Notes: generated from the sequence alone by a model not told the origin. Positions 1 through 13,956 are shown, numbered from the stretch's first letter. The stretch is DNA of 64,000 bases from Eledone cirrhosa (GCA_964016885.1 OZ024745.1:118234001-118298000), one strand, 5' to 3'. A program made the numbers and translations.

Positions 1-174
1 CAATCAGTCAAAACCTTGAATTAAACAACTTCTGTAACAACAAAATAGCATTATCCTGTATTGACAAGTCTATTTAAATGATATTTCTAGAAACATTAAA
101 TCTAATACTAGTAAATACAAATTTAAATTTAAATAAATTTAAATATTTAGAAGCCCTACAATGCATGCAAGGTT

Positions 175-294
175 AATAGTTGTTTCTCCTTTTGGTAAAA
201 GACCAACAATTACCCAGTACATTACTGGTACTTTATTTTATCGACCCAGAAAAGATGAAAGGCAAAGTTAACCTCAGCGGGATTTGAACTCAGA
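175..294 (-). mobile_element. 5'-truncated copy of the dominant tRNA-derived SINE
   Basis: Reverse complement matches the core seen in other copies (ctgagttcaaatcccgc-gaggttaactttgcctttcatc...gtcgataaaataaagtaccagt). ttaatagt is repeated on both sides (173-180, 295-302). Confidence 0.85.
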
Positions 295-1319
295 TTAATA
301 GTGCCGAGGTAATAGAAGTTATAGAGGAAAGAGTGAGGACAATAGAATTTAACCATAGCAAATTTAAAAACCCATTCTTAAGAGAATATCCATGTGTTGG
401 TGTTTAAAGAGAAATCGGAGAAGAGTTGTTTATTACTGTGACAGTTCACTTCAGTTCTTATTTATAGAGTTTCGCCTAGTCCACCTTTAGTTACACGGGG
501 ATATTCAGGGTTTTTTTCCCCCCACAACAGAAATATATAGTGTTGTTTCTTCTTTAACATTTGACAACAAAGAAGGTATCCAAAGAGTTATCCAAATTGT
601 TCTAGGGTCACAGTAATGGTTGCCACAACTAAATGTAACTTTACGAAGCTGAGCCACATAAGATTCCAATAAAGTGAAACAAATGATTAGCACAACTAAG
701 TTCAGCTCTCTCTACATAGTAATTGAGAAGAATAGGTTAAATTAAAGCTGTACTAACAATGAATTGATAGTCATATATCTCAAGTAGTACTTTTTTGAGG
801 TGTAGAAGTATAATTCATTTATCAAATGAGTTAAGAGCAAACACCTACATCATAGAAGCTATATAGTATCTTAATATAATGTACCTGAAGTACAGGGATT
901 GAGAATAACTGCTAAAATGAAAAGAAAATGGTGGAAAACAATTCTCCTTGCTCTGAAATCATTAATGCAACTTCTGGTTTAGGTGCAGTGTGGTATACTT
1001 TGGTTGAAAGCTGGCAGCCAGCCATTTGCAATAAGACTGACATATTTACACTTGTGCTTCAAATACTGAAGCTGAATGTTTTAACTGAATGAAACGATTT
1101 GGTTCTTGGCAACTGCTTCTTGTTGCAATAATTTATTCAACTAAAACTTGGAAACAAGTGTTTGCACTGTTCAATCTGAGTGGACTCAAGAACATATCTT
1201 TCCGCAGTGAAATGAAACAAGAAGAAAAGAAAACTTTCTTCCAACAGATACAAGCACAGAGTGGACACAAAAAAAAAAACTACATTCCTAATTTTCTTGC
1301 AGAATTCTTTGACCTTTTT

Positions 1320-1700
1320 CCTTCTTCTTCTTCTTCTTCTTCTTTGTTTACTTATATCTGGGAGGGTCGTGGGGGCTGAGCCCTCATGGACGTCTTTCAG
1401 CAAATCTTGTCAGAAACAACTGTCTCCAGTTGGATTCTTAAGTGAGATTGGCTGAGCTCATGAATGTTATTCAACCATCTTGCTTTGGGTCTACCCCTGG
1501 GTCTCTTGCTAGTTGGTTTTGCCTCTAAAATCTGTCCAGTGATTCTTTCCTGAGACATTCTAACTACATGCTCAGTATTAGAGCTGTGATCTCTCAATTT
1601 GGAGAAGTAGTGGCTCTACCTGGAATGACTCCAGTGATTCTTTCCTGTGACATTCTAACCACATGCCCATAGTATCAGAGCTGTGATCTCTCAATTCTTA
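1320..1700 (-). mobile_element. RTE-clade LINE 3' fragment with (GAA)n tail
   Basis: ORF 1397-1597 reads HVVRMSQERI...KRPRGRPKARWLNNI, a typical RTE ORF2 C-terminus. (ttc)n tail at about 1320-1342. A short segment is duplicated at about 1630-1695. Confidence 0.8.
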
Positions 1701-1755
1701 GATTTAACTGAATAATAAAAACTCATTCTGCTTATCAACTTCATCTCACCTTTAA

Positions 1756-3027
1756 CCCTTTAGTGTTCAAACCGCCCAAAATCGCCCAAAATTATTTCCC
1801 CTTCATTTGATCAAACTGCCCGAAATCGTCCGAAAACACCCACACTAAAAAATTGTTCTAAAAATAAACAAACCATCATCAAAATCTCGTTAATTCAAGA
1901 CTGCTGCGAGATTAGGCCTTTACCGCAAAAATTAACACTTAATATAGTGGAACAACTTAAAACAACAAGTGTTTTTTTAACTTTGAAAGTGCAACAAATT
2001 TTTTTTTTTTGTATCAACATGGCTTATGAAAGTAGCGATACCGACTTTGAAGTTTTTACACACGACGACATTCAGAATAAACAAGAAACAAACGATAATA
2101 TTAGTGATTCAAATGAATCTGATGTTTATATTTCTGAAATTTCGTCGGTGATTATTTTGAAAGTGAAAACGAAGGAGACTCCAGAGCGCCATTGAAAATA
2201 TTTCAGCAACATGGTTGAAAAATACCACACCAATATATGTTCCCGATTTTATTCAAATTACTGGTCAACAACACACGTTAGCTCCCGATGCACTGGATTA
2301 TTTCTTTTTGTTTTTACCACAAACTTTCTTCAAAGTTATGGCAGAAGAGATTAATCGATATGCCCAACAACAGATTTCAAATCAAGGAAAACCCGATCTG
2401 TTTGGCGACTGATAGATGCTGCGGAAATGCAAGTATTTTTTACCGTAAATATTATGTTCGGTATAAAACAATTTCCAAGACTGTGGAATTACTGGAACAC
2501 TGATATAAGGTTTAGTGATTCTTATATATCAAGTATTATGCTGAAAACAATAACCAGTATTTGCACCTGGTTGATACTTCAAATGCCCCTATTAATTAAT
2601 TTCACCTGCCCATAAAAGTCAAATTTGACCAAAAAAATCAGGTAAAATTATATAATTGTAAATTATTGATATTTAAACATCTACTGACAAAATTTCAAGC
2701 CTGCACATAGAAAATTAAGAAAATTACAAACAAATAAAATTGATAACCCTCTTGAGTACGATTAACTGAAAATAATTGTTTCTACGTTTGGCACAAGGCC
2801 AGCAATTACCTGGTATATTACTGGTACTTTATTTTATCGACCCCATAAGGATGAAAGGCAAAATTAACCTCAGCAGGATTTGAACTCAGATCATAAAGGG
2901 ACATAACTATGCTAGAAAGCATGGCGTCTGATCCTCTACTGATACTGCCAATTCACCACCACGATTAACTGAAAATAATGCGAACACATAAGCATGACGT
3001 TTGAAAATTAATGCGAATGCTAAAGGA
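1756..3027 (+). mobile_element. Internally deleted piggyBac-like DNA transposon with transposase remnant
   Basis: TTAA at 1752-1755 and 3028-3031. Ends ccctttagtgtt / aatgctaaagga are imperfect TIRs. Broken ORFs at 2019-2615 have an acidic N-terminus and LDYFFLF...EEINRYAQQ, IMFGIKQFPRLWNYW (PGBD4-like). Confidence 0.8.
2777..2960 (-). mobile_element. Full-length SINE nested in the piggyBac element
   Basis: SINE consensus. The ~19-bp TSD acgattaactgaaaataat appears at about 2758 and 2961. Confidence 0.9.
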
Positions 3028-4129
3028 TTAATCTTCATCTGTATTTCAGATTGTATTAGTTACAATACTGCAACAATTATTAAATTGCTACTGTTTTCAA
3101 GATGACAATCCATTTCTTAATCTTGTGTATTCTATTTCCTACAATAAAATCTACAACAAACTGGGTTTGAAAGCAGCATACCATCCAGTTCCAATGCATG
3201 ATAATAATAAAAAATATACTGCACTTCAAGCTGTTTGACACTTATTTTCCTTTAAAATGTTACCGTTTGTTAACTACAAGTGTGTTTTTCCAAGTGATGG
3301 AAGATATAATTACTAACAATGATATCAAATGAGTTCATGTTTATCTTGTTATTGTCATTAGCAAAACTAATGAGGAAGCAATGTGGAAACTTGGCGCAAT
3401 TTATTTCAGTTACTAAGAGACTGAAAAACTCAATAACCCTTTTGATACCAACCCACACAAAACTGCCTCAGGTTCATTTACATATAACAACGCTTGGTAA
3501 ATATCTTCCAGCACAATATGATATAAGAACCTTTTGTTAAGCTATCTCACAAACATCATCTTAATAATTAATAATCTTAGAAAATCTTTCTAAATTCTTT
3601 ATTGATTAACTGAAATACTGTGTATTTGATTGAAGAAACAGGCATGAAAAGAATAAACAAAGAGAAATGTCTTCTCCAACAAAAATCCATTTGTTACCTA
3701 AGATACAAAATTAAAAAAAAATATTCTCAATAACCTAGAAAGTTTGAAACATCTAAATGATTATCTGATGTTAAACAACTGCAATGAATGCTAGATATTG
3801 TTTTAGTTATTATTCTAAATAGGCAACTCTTCTCTCAGAACTAGTTCTCTCTGACTACATCCTACTTCTCCATTGTAAAAATGACACTTAGATGCTATTA
3901 ATCAACATAAAATCGCAATAGTTAATAACTTTCTTTGACCTTTCTTAACAGAAGTGCCACAAAATGCTGCAATTGAAGATTACGGAACTATAGATTTCAG
4001 TGTCCTTTACAGGGGAATAAATCCTGTCATTGTTCTCAAACATTTGCATGTCCCCAGTAAAGAATCATTCATCAATTGAAAAATGAATTATTACTATTTT
4101 AAAAACATGTTAAAAAATGATGACAGAAT

Positions 4130-4900
4130 ATTGTATCACACTACATATGTTGATGTTAGTGACAGTACTGTACCACACTACATATGTTGATGTCAGTGAC
4201 AGTATTGTGTCACTACATATGTTGATGTTAGTGACAGTACTGTGTGACACTAGATATGTTGATGTCAGTGACAGTACCGTGTCACACTACATATGTTCAT
4301 GTTAGTGACAGTATTGTGTCACTAGATATGTTGATGTCAGTGACAGCACCGTGTCACACTACATATGTTGATGTCAGTGACAGTACTGTGTTACACTACA
4401 TATGTTGATGTCAGTGACAGTACCGTGTCACACTACATATGTTGATGTCAGTGACAGTACTGTGTGACACTAGATATGTTGATGTCAGTGACAGTACTGT
4501 GTGACACTACATATGTTGATGTCAGTGACAGTACTGTGTGACACTACATATGTTGATGTCAGTGACAGTACTGTGTGACACTAGATATGTTGATGTCAGT
4601 GACAGTACTGTTACACTACATATGTTGATGTCAGTGACAGTACTGTGTGACACTAGATATGTTGATGTCAGTGACAGTACTGTTACACTACATATGTTGA
4701 TGTCAGTGACAGTACTGTGTGACACTAGATATGTTGATGTCAGTGACAGTACCATGTCACACTACATATGTTGATGTCAGTGACAGTACCGTGTCACACT
4801 ACGTATGTTGATGCCAGTGACAGTACCGTGTCACACTACATATGTTGATGTCAGTGACAGTACCGTGTCACACTACATATGTTGATGTCAGTGACAGGAC
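4130..4900. repeat. Minisatellite, ~35-37-bp unit (cactacatatgttgatgtcagtgacagtac[c/t]gtgtca)
   Basis: About 20 direct tandem copies, each with an imperfect internal palindrome. Confidence 0.95.
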
Positions 4901-5789
4901 TTTGTCAGTAAATGTTCTTGTCAGGGAGTGTAATGTGTCACACAAAACATGTTGATGTCACAGACATCTCTGTGCCACACTAAAGATGTTAATGTTAGAA
5001 AGTTTAAATCCCAGACAAAATTTTTTGAAGTGTTTACACATGTTTTGAAGTGTTTACACATGTTCCTCCATGTTTACGTAGTTCAAATGTTGCTAGAATC
5101 TACTCTGGCTTAAATCCTGATATAATAAGAACCAGTGATATACAAAACATAAATTGCATTGATTATCATCCCCCGTCCTTGGCCAATAAATATCTGCTTA
5201 TTTACTAATAACAGAAAAGTATTACTTCAGTCAAAGCTATCCAGTCTCAGGTGTTCAGCTAAAGAAGAGAAAATAGAAAATTACCGCCACCCCATGCCGA
5301 GTAAATAAATGGGGGAGTTGGAGCATGGATGGAGGTATGGATAGTAGGCATTGTAGCAGAGACAGTATGAAATTTATTGTGATTATGTTGGTTGCTTTGA
5401 ATTCAACGGTCAATGCCCTCTTCATATCCAAAGAGAGAGAGAGGAAAAGTGATGGAAGGAGAGAGAGGGAATGAGAAAAAGAGACGGAAAGCAAGTGAAA
5501 TAAATGTAACGAAAGATGGAAAGCAAATGATGTAATGAGAGAGGGGGATAATTGTTTAAAGAGAATGTGAGAGAGTGACATGATGTGTAGGAGAGTTAAT
5601 AATGTGTTGGGAAAATACAAAGCAATTCAACATAAAAATCTAAGAAGTATTGATATTAGTAGTTAAATGTAGTTGCATCAATATGTTGTTACTATTGTAG
5701 TAGTAGTAGTAGTAGTAGTGTATGTTAATAGTAGCAACAGCAGTATTAACAAACAATAATATGAAAATCATCAAATGTGGATGATGGTG

Positions 5790-6402
5790 ACAATGATGAG
5801 TGTTGTTAGAAATGGTCAGGGTGGTGGTGATGACAACGATGATAGTGTTGTTAGAAATGATCAGGGTGGTGGTGATGACAACGATGATAGTGTTGTTAGA
5901 AATGGTCAGGGTGGTGGTGATGACAACGATGATAGTGTTGTTAGAAATGATCAGGGTGGTGGTGGTGATGACGCTGATGATAGTGTTGTTAGAAATGATC
6001 AGGGTGGTGGTGATGACAACGATGATAGTGTTGTTAGAAATGGTCAGGGTGGTGGTGATGACAATGATGATAGTGTTGTTAGAAATGATCAGGGTGGTGG
6101 TGATGACAATGATGATAGTGTTGTTAGAAATGATCAGGGTGGTGGTGATGACAATGATGATAGTGTTGTTAGAAATGGTCAGGGTGGTGGTGATGACAAT
6201 GATGATAGTGTTGTTAGAAATGATCAGGGTGGTGGTGATGACAATGATGATAGTGTTGTTAGAAATGGTCAGGGTGGTGGTGATGACAATGATGATAGTG
6301 TTGTTAGAAATGGTCAGGGTGGTGGTGATGACAACGATGATAGTGTTGTTAGAAATGGTCAGGGTGGTGGTGATGACGCTGATGATAGTGTTGTTAGAAA
6401 TG
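5790..6402. repeat. Minisatellite, 45-bp unit (gatagtgttgttagaaatg[a/g]tcagggtggtggtgatgacaa[c/t]gat)
   Basis: About 13 tandem copies. The ORFs here are repeat artefacts. Confidence 0.95.
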
Positions 6403-6782
6403 ACATTGTATTACAAGTAAATAATCTTGTTAAATTACATTATTTTATTATGCCTATCTATCTGTCTGTGAGTCTATCAATTTCATTTTATTTCTAACTA
6501 TCCATCGCCATCATCATCCTAATTATCATTTTTATGTCCACTTTTCTATGCTTGTAAAGTTGTACAGGTTTTCAGTTAGTACAGTGTCTGTTTGTCCTCT
6601 CCTTCCTAGAGTTCAACCTCCTCAGATCAGTTTACATCTGATCTTCCCACATCTTCGGTGTTTGTCTTCCACAGGTTACTTTCACATAGAATGCTTGGCA
6701 CTCCTTTACCAAATAATCAGCCTCCTTTTGCATCACGTGGCCATACTTGTGTATTTTTCCACACACAGACACATATATTTAA

Positions 6783-6813
<31 letters not shown>

Positions 6814-7938
6814 TGTAATATTAAGCAGACTTTGCTTATCACACTACAAATGCATCATTTTTGTGAATATCTCTTCTCCTCTCCCATTCCTTACCTATTC
6901 TTTCTCTCTTGGTTTACTGCCAGACCGATGTGTCTGATATTTCCCTCTCCCATGTATGTCACTCTAGGACGAAAGTTTGAAAAAGCTACTATAACTTCTT
7001 ATCCAGCACCACTACTCTGGTCTGAGCAATTGTCCACTTATCTGTCTACATGTTTTATAACCTTTCATAATGCCATATTTTGTTTGTATCAATTCAAAGG
7101 CTTCAACATTTTTCCATATATTCTGTTGTAATCCTGTCTTCATTACACCATTCCCTAGTAGTTAATTATTTAAAGCTACTGGCACTGATGGGTGGATAGT
7201 GACACTGCTGTTTAAGTGTTGAATTCTCAATGACATCAACTGATGAGTTTCTTTTATTTTATTACATTGTCCTTTATGATTACTTTTCTTAATATCTTCT
7301 GCAAATCTCTCTTTCTCTGTGTGTATATCATCATCATCATCATCTTTTAATGTCCATTTGCCCTGCTAGCAAGGTTGGATGGGCTACATAAACCAATTCA
7401 GTACGAAACTGGGGCCACTGACATCCCAGTCAGGCTGTGGAGGTATGTACCCTCCTTATGTACAATCATCATCAAGAGCAGGGGAGATGTTGTCATGTCT
7501 TTTGACACAAACTGAAGGATCCTCCTAATCCCTTGTTTGGAAAGCTTTCTACGGCTGGATACCTTTCCTAACGCACACACATAGACATATATATATACAC
7601 ACACACACACACACATAGCAGATGGTTAAAAAATTTACTTCACAATCATGAAGTTTCAGGAAGATGGACTTTAAACGATGATGATGATGATGATGTGTGT
7701 TATCTAGGCAAATCTTTACCCCATTGCTTCAGATTGACTTAAGCCCTATGAGTGAAATTGTTTAAATGAGAACTGTTTAGAAGACCATCAAAAGGACTAC
7801 ACTTGTAATTCTATTAGTCAGATTTGTCATGTAGTGTAACAGTAAATCTCCATGAGTACTACACATCTGTGGAATACTCAGCCACTTACACAAGTTGATT
7901 ATTGTATTGATTGCGTAACTGGAACACTCAACAATTCA

Positions 7939-8586
7939 TTATCATCATCATCCGGCAGCCTCAGCCGAATGGACTCAACAATTGATCTCCACGTGGGTCT
8001 GTCGTTCATTGCTGTTGCCAACTCCTAAATTCCAATACCAGAATCTCTGGAGATGACATCAGAATAGGAGAGCTTACGCTCCTTGTTATTAGTGACTGCT
8101 TGTAGTTTGCAAAGCACTAATGGGGACATAGCCTCATAGGTGGCATGATGGCAGTGGCCAGCAAGTCTTACTCTCCTTTTACGTACAATGACAGATATGC
8201 GTGGGAGGCCGGCATATATCTCTCTCAAAGTCAGGTTGCCTAGAAAATGCATAACAACTTTTGACATCTCTCCAGGAAGCAGCTGCCCTCATTGGCCTTC
8301 ATCTCAACGAGGGTAAAACAGAGTACATATCAAACTGTACAGGCAACAGCATCAAAGCAGTGATATGGAGCAAGTTGAGGATTTCAAGTAACTTGGGTCC
8401 TGGATCATGGACTCTGAAAAGAATTTCGCCACCAGAAAGGCCCAAGCATGGATTGTGTTTGGAGCTCAAATCTTTCCAACCACACCAAGATCAGACTCTG
8501 CCAAGTAACAATTCAACCAATCTTGCTATATGAAACTGAAAAATGGACACGTTCATCCAAACAACAAAAGCACCTTGATGGCACTT
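7939..8586 (-). mobile_element. RTE-like LINE insertion with 5' inversion
   Basis: The minus-strand C-terminus (RRVRLAGHC) spans 7950-8260. The immediately upstream RT part (GLHLNEGKTEY...PILLY...LDGTYT) is on the plus strand at 8261-8590. TSD acactcaacaattca at 7924-7938 and 8587-8601. Confidence 0.85.
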
Positions 8587-9642
8587 ACACTCAACAATTC
8601 AGTAGAGTTCCTAAACACACCAATCAGAGATGGTCCAGGTATGAACAACTTTTTTGGATATATTGTAATTTTATTGTATGTATAGTTTGTGCCTTCGGTC
8701 GGTTATCTTGGTGTCACGTTTTATAACTATGGTGTTTAACTCTGGACTTAATGTTTGCTTCTAACTTTCGATCCAATGAATGTTTGTGATTGCCTCAAAC
8801 AAATCGAATAGTACTTGCTGTACTGCAGCTAAAGTTCAATTTACAAATATTATATTATATATGTATTACTCCACTTTCTGATGTTGGATGATTTTTATCC
8901 CAGTATGTAATAAATTACTTTAAAATTTTCAAATCCATAATGTAATTTCCTGTTATTTGAAAAACTCTCCATTCCATTCAGATTTGTTTCGCTACAACAA
9001 ATTTCAAAGAACTTCTAGTTTCATCAAGATTTGTTGTCTATGTGTGTGTGTGTGTATGCACATGTATCATCATCATTCTTTTACATCTATTTTCCATGCT
9101 AGCATATGTTAGATGGGTTGGGGGAACCACCTCACATGTCTATGTTGTATTTTTGGCATGGTTTCTATGGTTTGAAGCTCCTCTTTCTGCCAACCATTTT
9201 AGAGAGTGAGGGGGATAGAAAAACGTTAGAGCAATAAACGAACTCTTGAAACAAATTCTATCAAATATATTTTTATATGTTGCTAGCGTGGAAGATAGAC
9301 ATTAATCGATGGTGATGATGATGATGATGATATATATATATATATGTATATATATACCCATGCTAGCATGGAAGATGGACGTTAAACGATGATGATGATG
9401 ATATATATATATAAGTATAAGTAGTATGTATATACATACATACATGCACACATATATATATATGTACGTATGGGTTTAACGAACATTTATTACAATAAAC
9501 ATACTACTGTACGTCTGTATACATATATGTATGTACGTATACATACTTATATTTAAGTATCAGCCGTACGAAGAATGAGAAATGAAATTTCCTTTTTTCC
9601 ATTTATATATATAAGATTATATAAGATTTAATATAGAAATGA

Positions 9643-9699
9643 CTTCTACAGGATGCCTGATGATTTCCTCTGAATGAAACAGTTCTTGTCCTGTAGAAG
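9643..9699 (+). ncRNA. Partly degenerate type I hammerhead ribozyme inside a long hairpin
   Basis: CTGATGA at 9657-9663, short stem II, GAAA at 9676-9679, then ...GTC. cttctacag/ctgtagaag pair, and the stem extends to about 9622/9720. Confidence 0.6.
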
Positions 9700-10234
9700 C
9701 CAATTCTATATTAAATCTTGTATATACTATACTATGTATTGAGTACCTTATTTACTGTGGTTACCCCCGATTGAATATATATATATATATATATACAAAG
9801 CTGGTCAAAAATCTTTCAGACTTTATCTTTTTCCTGTGGGAAGTAATAACTTTAGGAAAACAAAAGTGTGCCGGTGAGGCTCCATACATACAAATACATG
9901 GCTTTTTGGCGAACTTTGCTAGATGTGTTCATCACTGACAGCTAGCTTGTGAAGTGCTGTACTCGCTGCATTCTCATGTTGCTCAATACTGCCAACAAGA
10001 AACCATTGTAGGAACCATGTTAACTTATGTGGGCAAGACAAGGTCTGCAACACACCTGGGGTGGTGGTAACATTGAATAAGATCTGAGTGAAGCCATGAC
10101 AATCAGTCTAAACTATGTCAGCATAGCAGATGATAAATCTGACTGACTACACAAGTATTTTTTTCTCAAAAAATTTGTTTTCTGTACCTGCCTCTTCTCA
10201 CTTTCTATCTTTCTATTTCATCTTTTATTTCTCA

Positions 10235-10280
10235 TTCTATCTTCTGAGGAAGGACTAGTGTCTGAAACATAAACTCTTTT
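10235..10280 (+). ncRNA. Degenerate hammerhead-like core
   Basis: CTGAGGA at 10244-10250 and GAAAC at 10264-10268. Stems I and III are poor. Confidence 0.3.
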
Positions 10281-10436
10281 CCTACTATATCAAGCATTAA
10301 ACGAATATATTTCTGTATTGTACTGTTTGTTTGCTTTGTTATTTCCATTTACTTTTTTCATATACATATATATATATTAGTATTGGTGTTCTGAAATAGC
10401 GTTGTATATATGAATGTATGTATAGTATATTTGATA

Positions 10437-10892
10437 ATATACTGTATGGTTATTTAAAAACATTTTGAAGGCCATTCGCTATGAATTCTAAAGTAGTGAC
10501 TACGTCACATACTTAGTCTAGGCAAAAGCAAAGGAGAGTAATCGACAGTTATATCGTGACGTAGTCACTACTTTAAAATTCATAGCAAATGGCCTTCAAA
10601 ATGATTTAAAATAAATATTTCTAATTTTTGCTGGGCCAGCAACCACTCTGTATGTTAATGAGTTTAAACAGCTCGTAAACATAATTGGAATTCTATAAGA
10701 ATCCAGCTTGTATAACACGTGGCAGAAACAAAGGTGAATATAGTCTTGACAACCACTTACAAGTGAGAAATGGTACTACCATCCATTACTTCCCTTTGCT
10801 TTTGCCGAGACTAAGTATGGGCTTAGTCACTACTTTAAAATACTTAAAAGCGAATGGCCTTCAAAATGTTTTTAAATAAACATACAGTATAT
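10437..10892. repeat. Nested long inverted repeat (fold-back element)
   Basis: 10437-10545 is inverted at about 10785-10892. An inner inverted copy of 10453-10508 lies at 10556-10610. Confidence 0.85.
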
Positions 10893-10999
10893 GTACATTC
10901 AATGATGATGATGATGATATATATTTATATTTAGAACAGGATGCAGCAAGTTCAGAGAGCTAATACCGTTGTTAGCTACAAAAGGTCTTTTCCTTAAAA

Positions 11000-11350
11000 T
11001 GAAGGGCAGATTGTATGATACATGTATATGAACAGCAATGTTAAATGTAGTGAGACCTGGACACTGAGTGCAGAAGACCTGCAAAAATTAGAAATAAATG
11101 AAGCCTCCATACTTCAATGAATGCGAAATAGTAATATACGCGAATGGTAAAGCATAAATGAATTGCAAGAGAAATTAGGCATAAGAGGGATCAGTTGCAG
11201 TGTGCAGGCGAGGAGATTAGGAGATTGTGTTGGTATGGACATGTGATGCATATGAAAAATGAGAGCTCTATAAAAAGGTGCAGAGTGCTCAAAGTTGATG
11301 GTAGCCTTGTAGTGGGCAAGCCTAGGAAGACTTGGGATCAGGTAATAAAA
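11000..11350 (+). mobile_element. Degenerate RTE/BovB-like LINE fragment
   Basis: RRLCWYGHVMHM...KVDG...GKPRKTW motif. Confidence 0.7.
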
Positions 11351-11773
11351 GCTAAGGCGTGTTCTCTGGTGCTATACAGTATTACAGAAGACCCGCCTTC
11401 CCATATCCTGGAGTTGAGGCAAATATCTAGTAGGCAACACCTTCCCCTACCATCTCCCTTCCCATACACCTCACTTGCTGTAATTATCCCACCCCTATAT
11501 CTGCGTTCTCAATTCCCTAGGCTTCTTCCCCACCCCATCCAAGTCCCCAATCCTCACCATAAAGTTGATCCCCTGGAGCCTCGACATTAAGTGCCCAGCT
11601 CTCACTATAAAGTGGTTGCGTTGGTGTCATGACAATATGCACCCAGTCCACTCTGTAAATCTGGTTGGTGTAGGAAGGGCATCCAAGCCAAAATTAGTTC
11701 TGTGTATGTGAACCAAGGTCCAAGGACTGCCCATCCCATCCATGCTTGTGTGGAAAATGGATGTTAAATGGTG

Positions 11774-11816
<43 letters not shown>

Positions 11817-12005
11817 AGTCTAGCACATCAAAACATGTATGATAAATGTTAAACAATAATAATGATGGACATAATATATGTGCCTATGTGTATGTGTTTA
11901 GCAATGTAAACTATCTGCAAGAGTGTGTGTTTATGTCTACATGCGTGCATACACACATACAGACACACACATTCCTGCAGACAGTTTACATTTCAAAACA
12001 TTTAC

Positions 12006-13285
12006 TTCTTCAGCTGTTGGCTGGAGATCATAACAATTTGGAAATCTTTTCACTACATCATTTTCCAGCAATGTCTGCATCAGAGAGGCGGCCATGTATA
12101 GAAATGACAGATTCATGATCTTTCTCCAGTGTAAACAGATTTATAGTTGATATACTCAAGGAATGAGGCATAAGAATTTTCAAAGGATTTGGCCCGAGGG
12201 TAACAGTCGATGCTATCCTGACAAACAAGAGAAACTCTTTGAATATTATGTCTGACTTAGACTTAAGGGTAAAATGGGCCATTAAAAAAAATTATTAAAT
12301 AAACTTCACAGATATATATATAAAAAAGGCAGTATGGTCAAATATGATATGTCTGCTTGATCAGAGCTGACCTGGGGTTAAATAACAACAACAATAACAT
12401 TATGCCATTCCAACTCATAAAGAGTACACAGTTAAATCCTTCAAGTTTTATAATCTTTTATAACCTTTCATGTCAACCACACAACTATAATATAACCAAT
12501 ACTGCATTTCTAAGGATGGAATTCTACTCGAGGCTTTAGAAAATGCTTTAGATCTGAGCAGTTGCTGACTCTTCACTAGTCACGCATTTTTTCCTCTTTA
12601 AAGCACTGCTCAAGTATCTGGAACCATGGAACTTTCCATACATATATTCAGGACTGTACTACCATCAACAACAACAACAGCCCCAGCAAAAACATCTACA
12701 GTAATGTTTTTTTTATGAAAATGCTACAATAATTGGTCCAATAATTTACAGTGTCCTCCATCTGCCTCTTGTACCACTATGACAATATTCTCTAATCTTG
12801 TGAAGTTGTTCTCTACCAATAACCTCTTCACATCTTTTAACTTAAAGATATTAGGCAGAAGAACCAATCTCAAGAAATATTAGATTAATATTTGATTTAA
12901 ATAGATGAAATGTTGGACCAATTGAAAAGAAAGATTTAGATTAACAGTTATTTATTACCAAATCCAGATTAGGAAAAAGCAATGGTGAATCATCATCATC
13001 ATCATCATCATCATTTAACGTCTGATTTTCCCTACTTGCAAGTTAAAAATATTTAATCTGGGTTAAAAATATTTTAATTGTTTTCTTTTTAAAGAAAGGT
13101 AATGAGAAAAATATTGTAGTATATACACAACCGTGGGCATGCTGTTGGAGGACTCCTCCATGATATCCGGTCTCTCTTTGCAGGATGTCCCCACTTCGGA
13201 GGTGCCATTTGGCTTCACCGTATCGGTACGTGTAGTCATTTTTCATAGTAAACCCGTTTCATACAACACTAATACGTGCAGATCT
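12006..13285 (-). pseudogene. Possible exon series of an unidentified gene or pseudogene
   Basis: Non-repetitive segments bounded by AG/GT-like signals: about 13128-13285 (MTTRTDTVKPNG...), 12751-12868 (LVLLPNIFKLKDVKRLLVENNF...EADGGH), from 12698 (VFAGAVVVVDG) and 12006-12217. The last two need frameshifts. No homologue recognised. Confidence 0.3.
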
Positions 13286-13593
13286 GGAAATAGGATGAAA
13301 AAGGAATTCAAATTATTAAAAAAATCAGTATGAAATAGTCAGTAAATATCAACTGTATATAAAGATATAAGATAAAGGATTACATATACATAACTTTCAC
13401 TTTTTCATGACTGTATCAATTGTTTGTATGGAGTTCTATATCAGTTGTCTTACAATTGTATATATGATACACAATTACAACTCCTAAGTGTGATGCTAAT
13501 AAGACTTTGTATTTTTGCAACCTCATGTTTATTTTATTTTATTTGTTTATATATATATATATATAGGAAAATAGTCAGGACTCACACCTTCTT

Positions 13594-13657
<64 letters not shown>

Positions 13658-13690
13658 CGTATCTATTTATTTATAAGACTGTTTATATTG

Positions 13691-13756
13691 TATTTTGTCT
13701 GAAGAAGGCATAACATATTGTTAATATGATATCCCTGAAATATATATAACGAAATA
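13691..13756 (+). ncRNA. Type I hammerhead ribozyme (Penelope-type)
   Basis: Stem I tattttgt/acgaaata. CTGAAGA at 13699-13705. Long stem II at 13706-13736. GAAA at 13737-13740. Palindromic stem III TATATA, then UA cleavage site at 13747-13748. Confidence 0.8.
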
Positions 13757-13890
13757 AATATGGTTTTATAAATATAGTTTCCATTTATTTAATATCATAA
13801 ATATACTCCAAATACTTGTTGAGTGCTTTTATATCAGTTATAAATATTTACTCGTTGTTAACCCAACAATTTAAATATAACTTTCCATGT

Positions 13891-13956
<66 letters not shown>

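Noticed and set aside
505-693. 62-aa ORF with protein-like composition
   Set aside because: No recognisable motif or convincing splice sites.
5775-6497. 240-aa Asp/Gly repeat ORF
   Set aside because: It is the translation of a 45-bp minisatellite that is open in two frames, with no non-repeat coding context.
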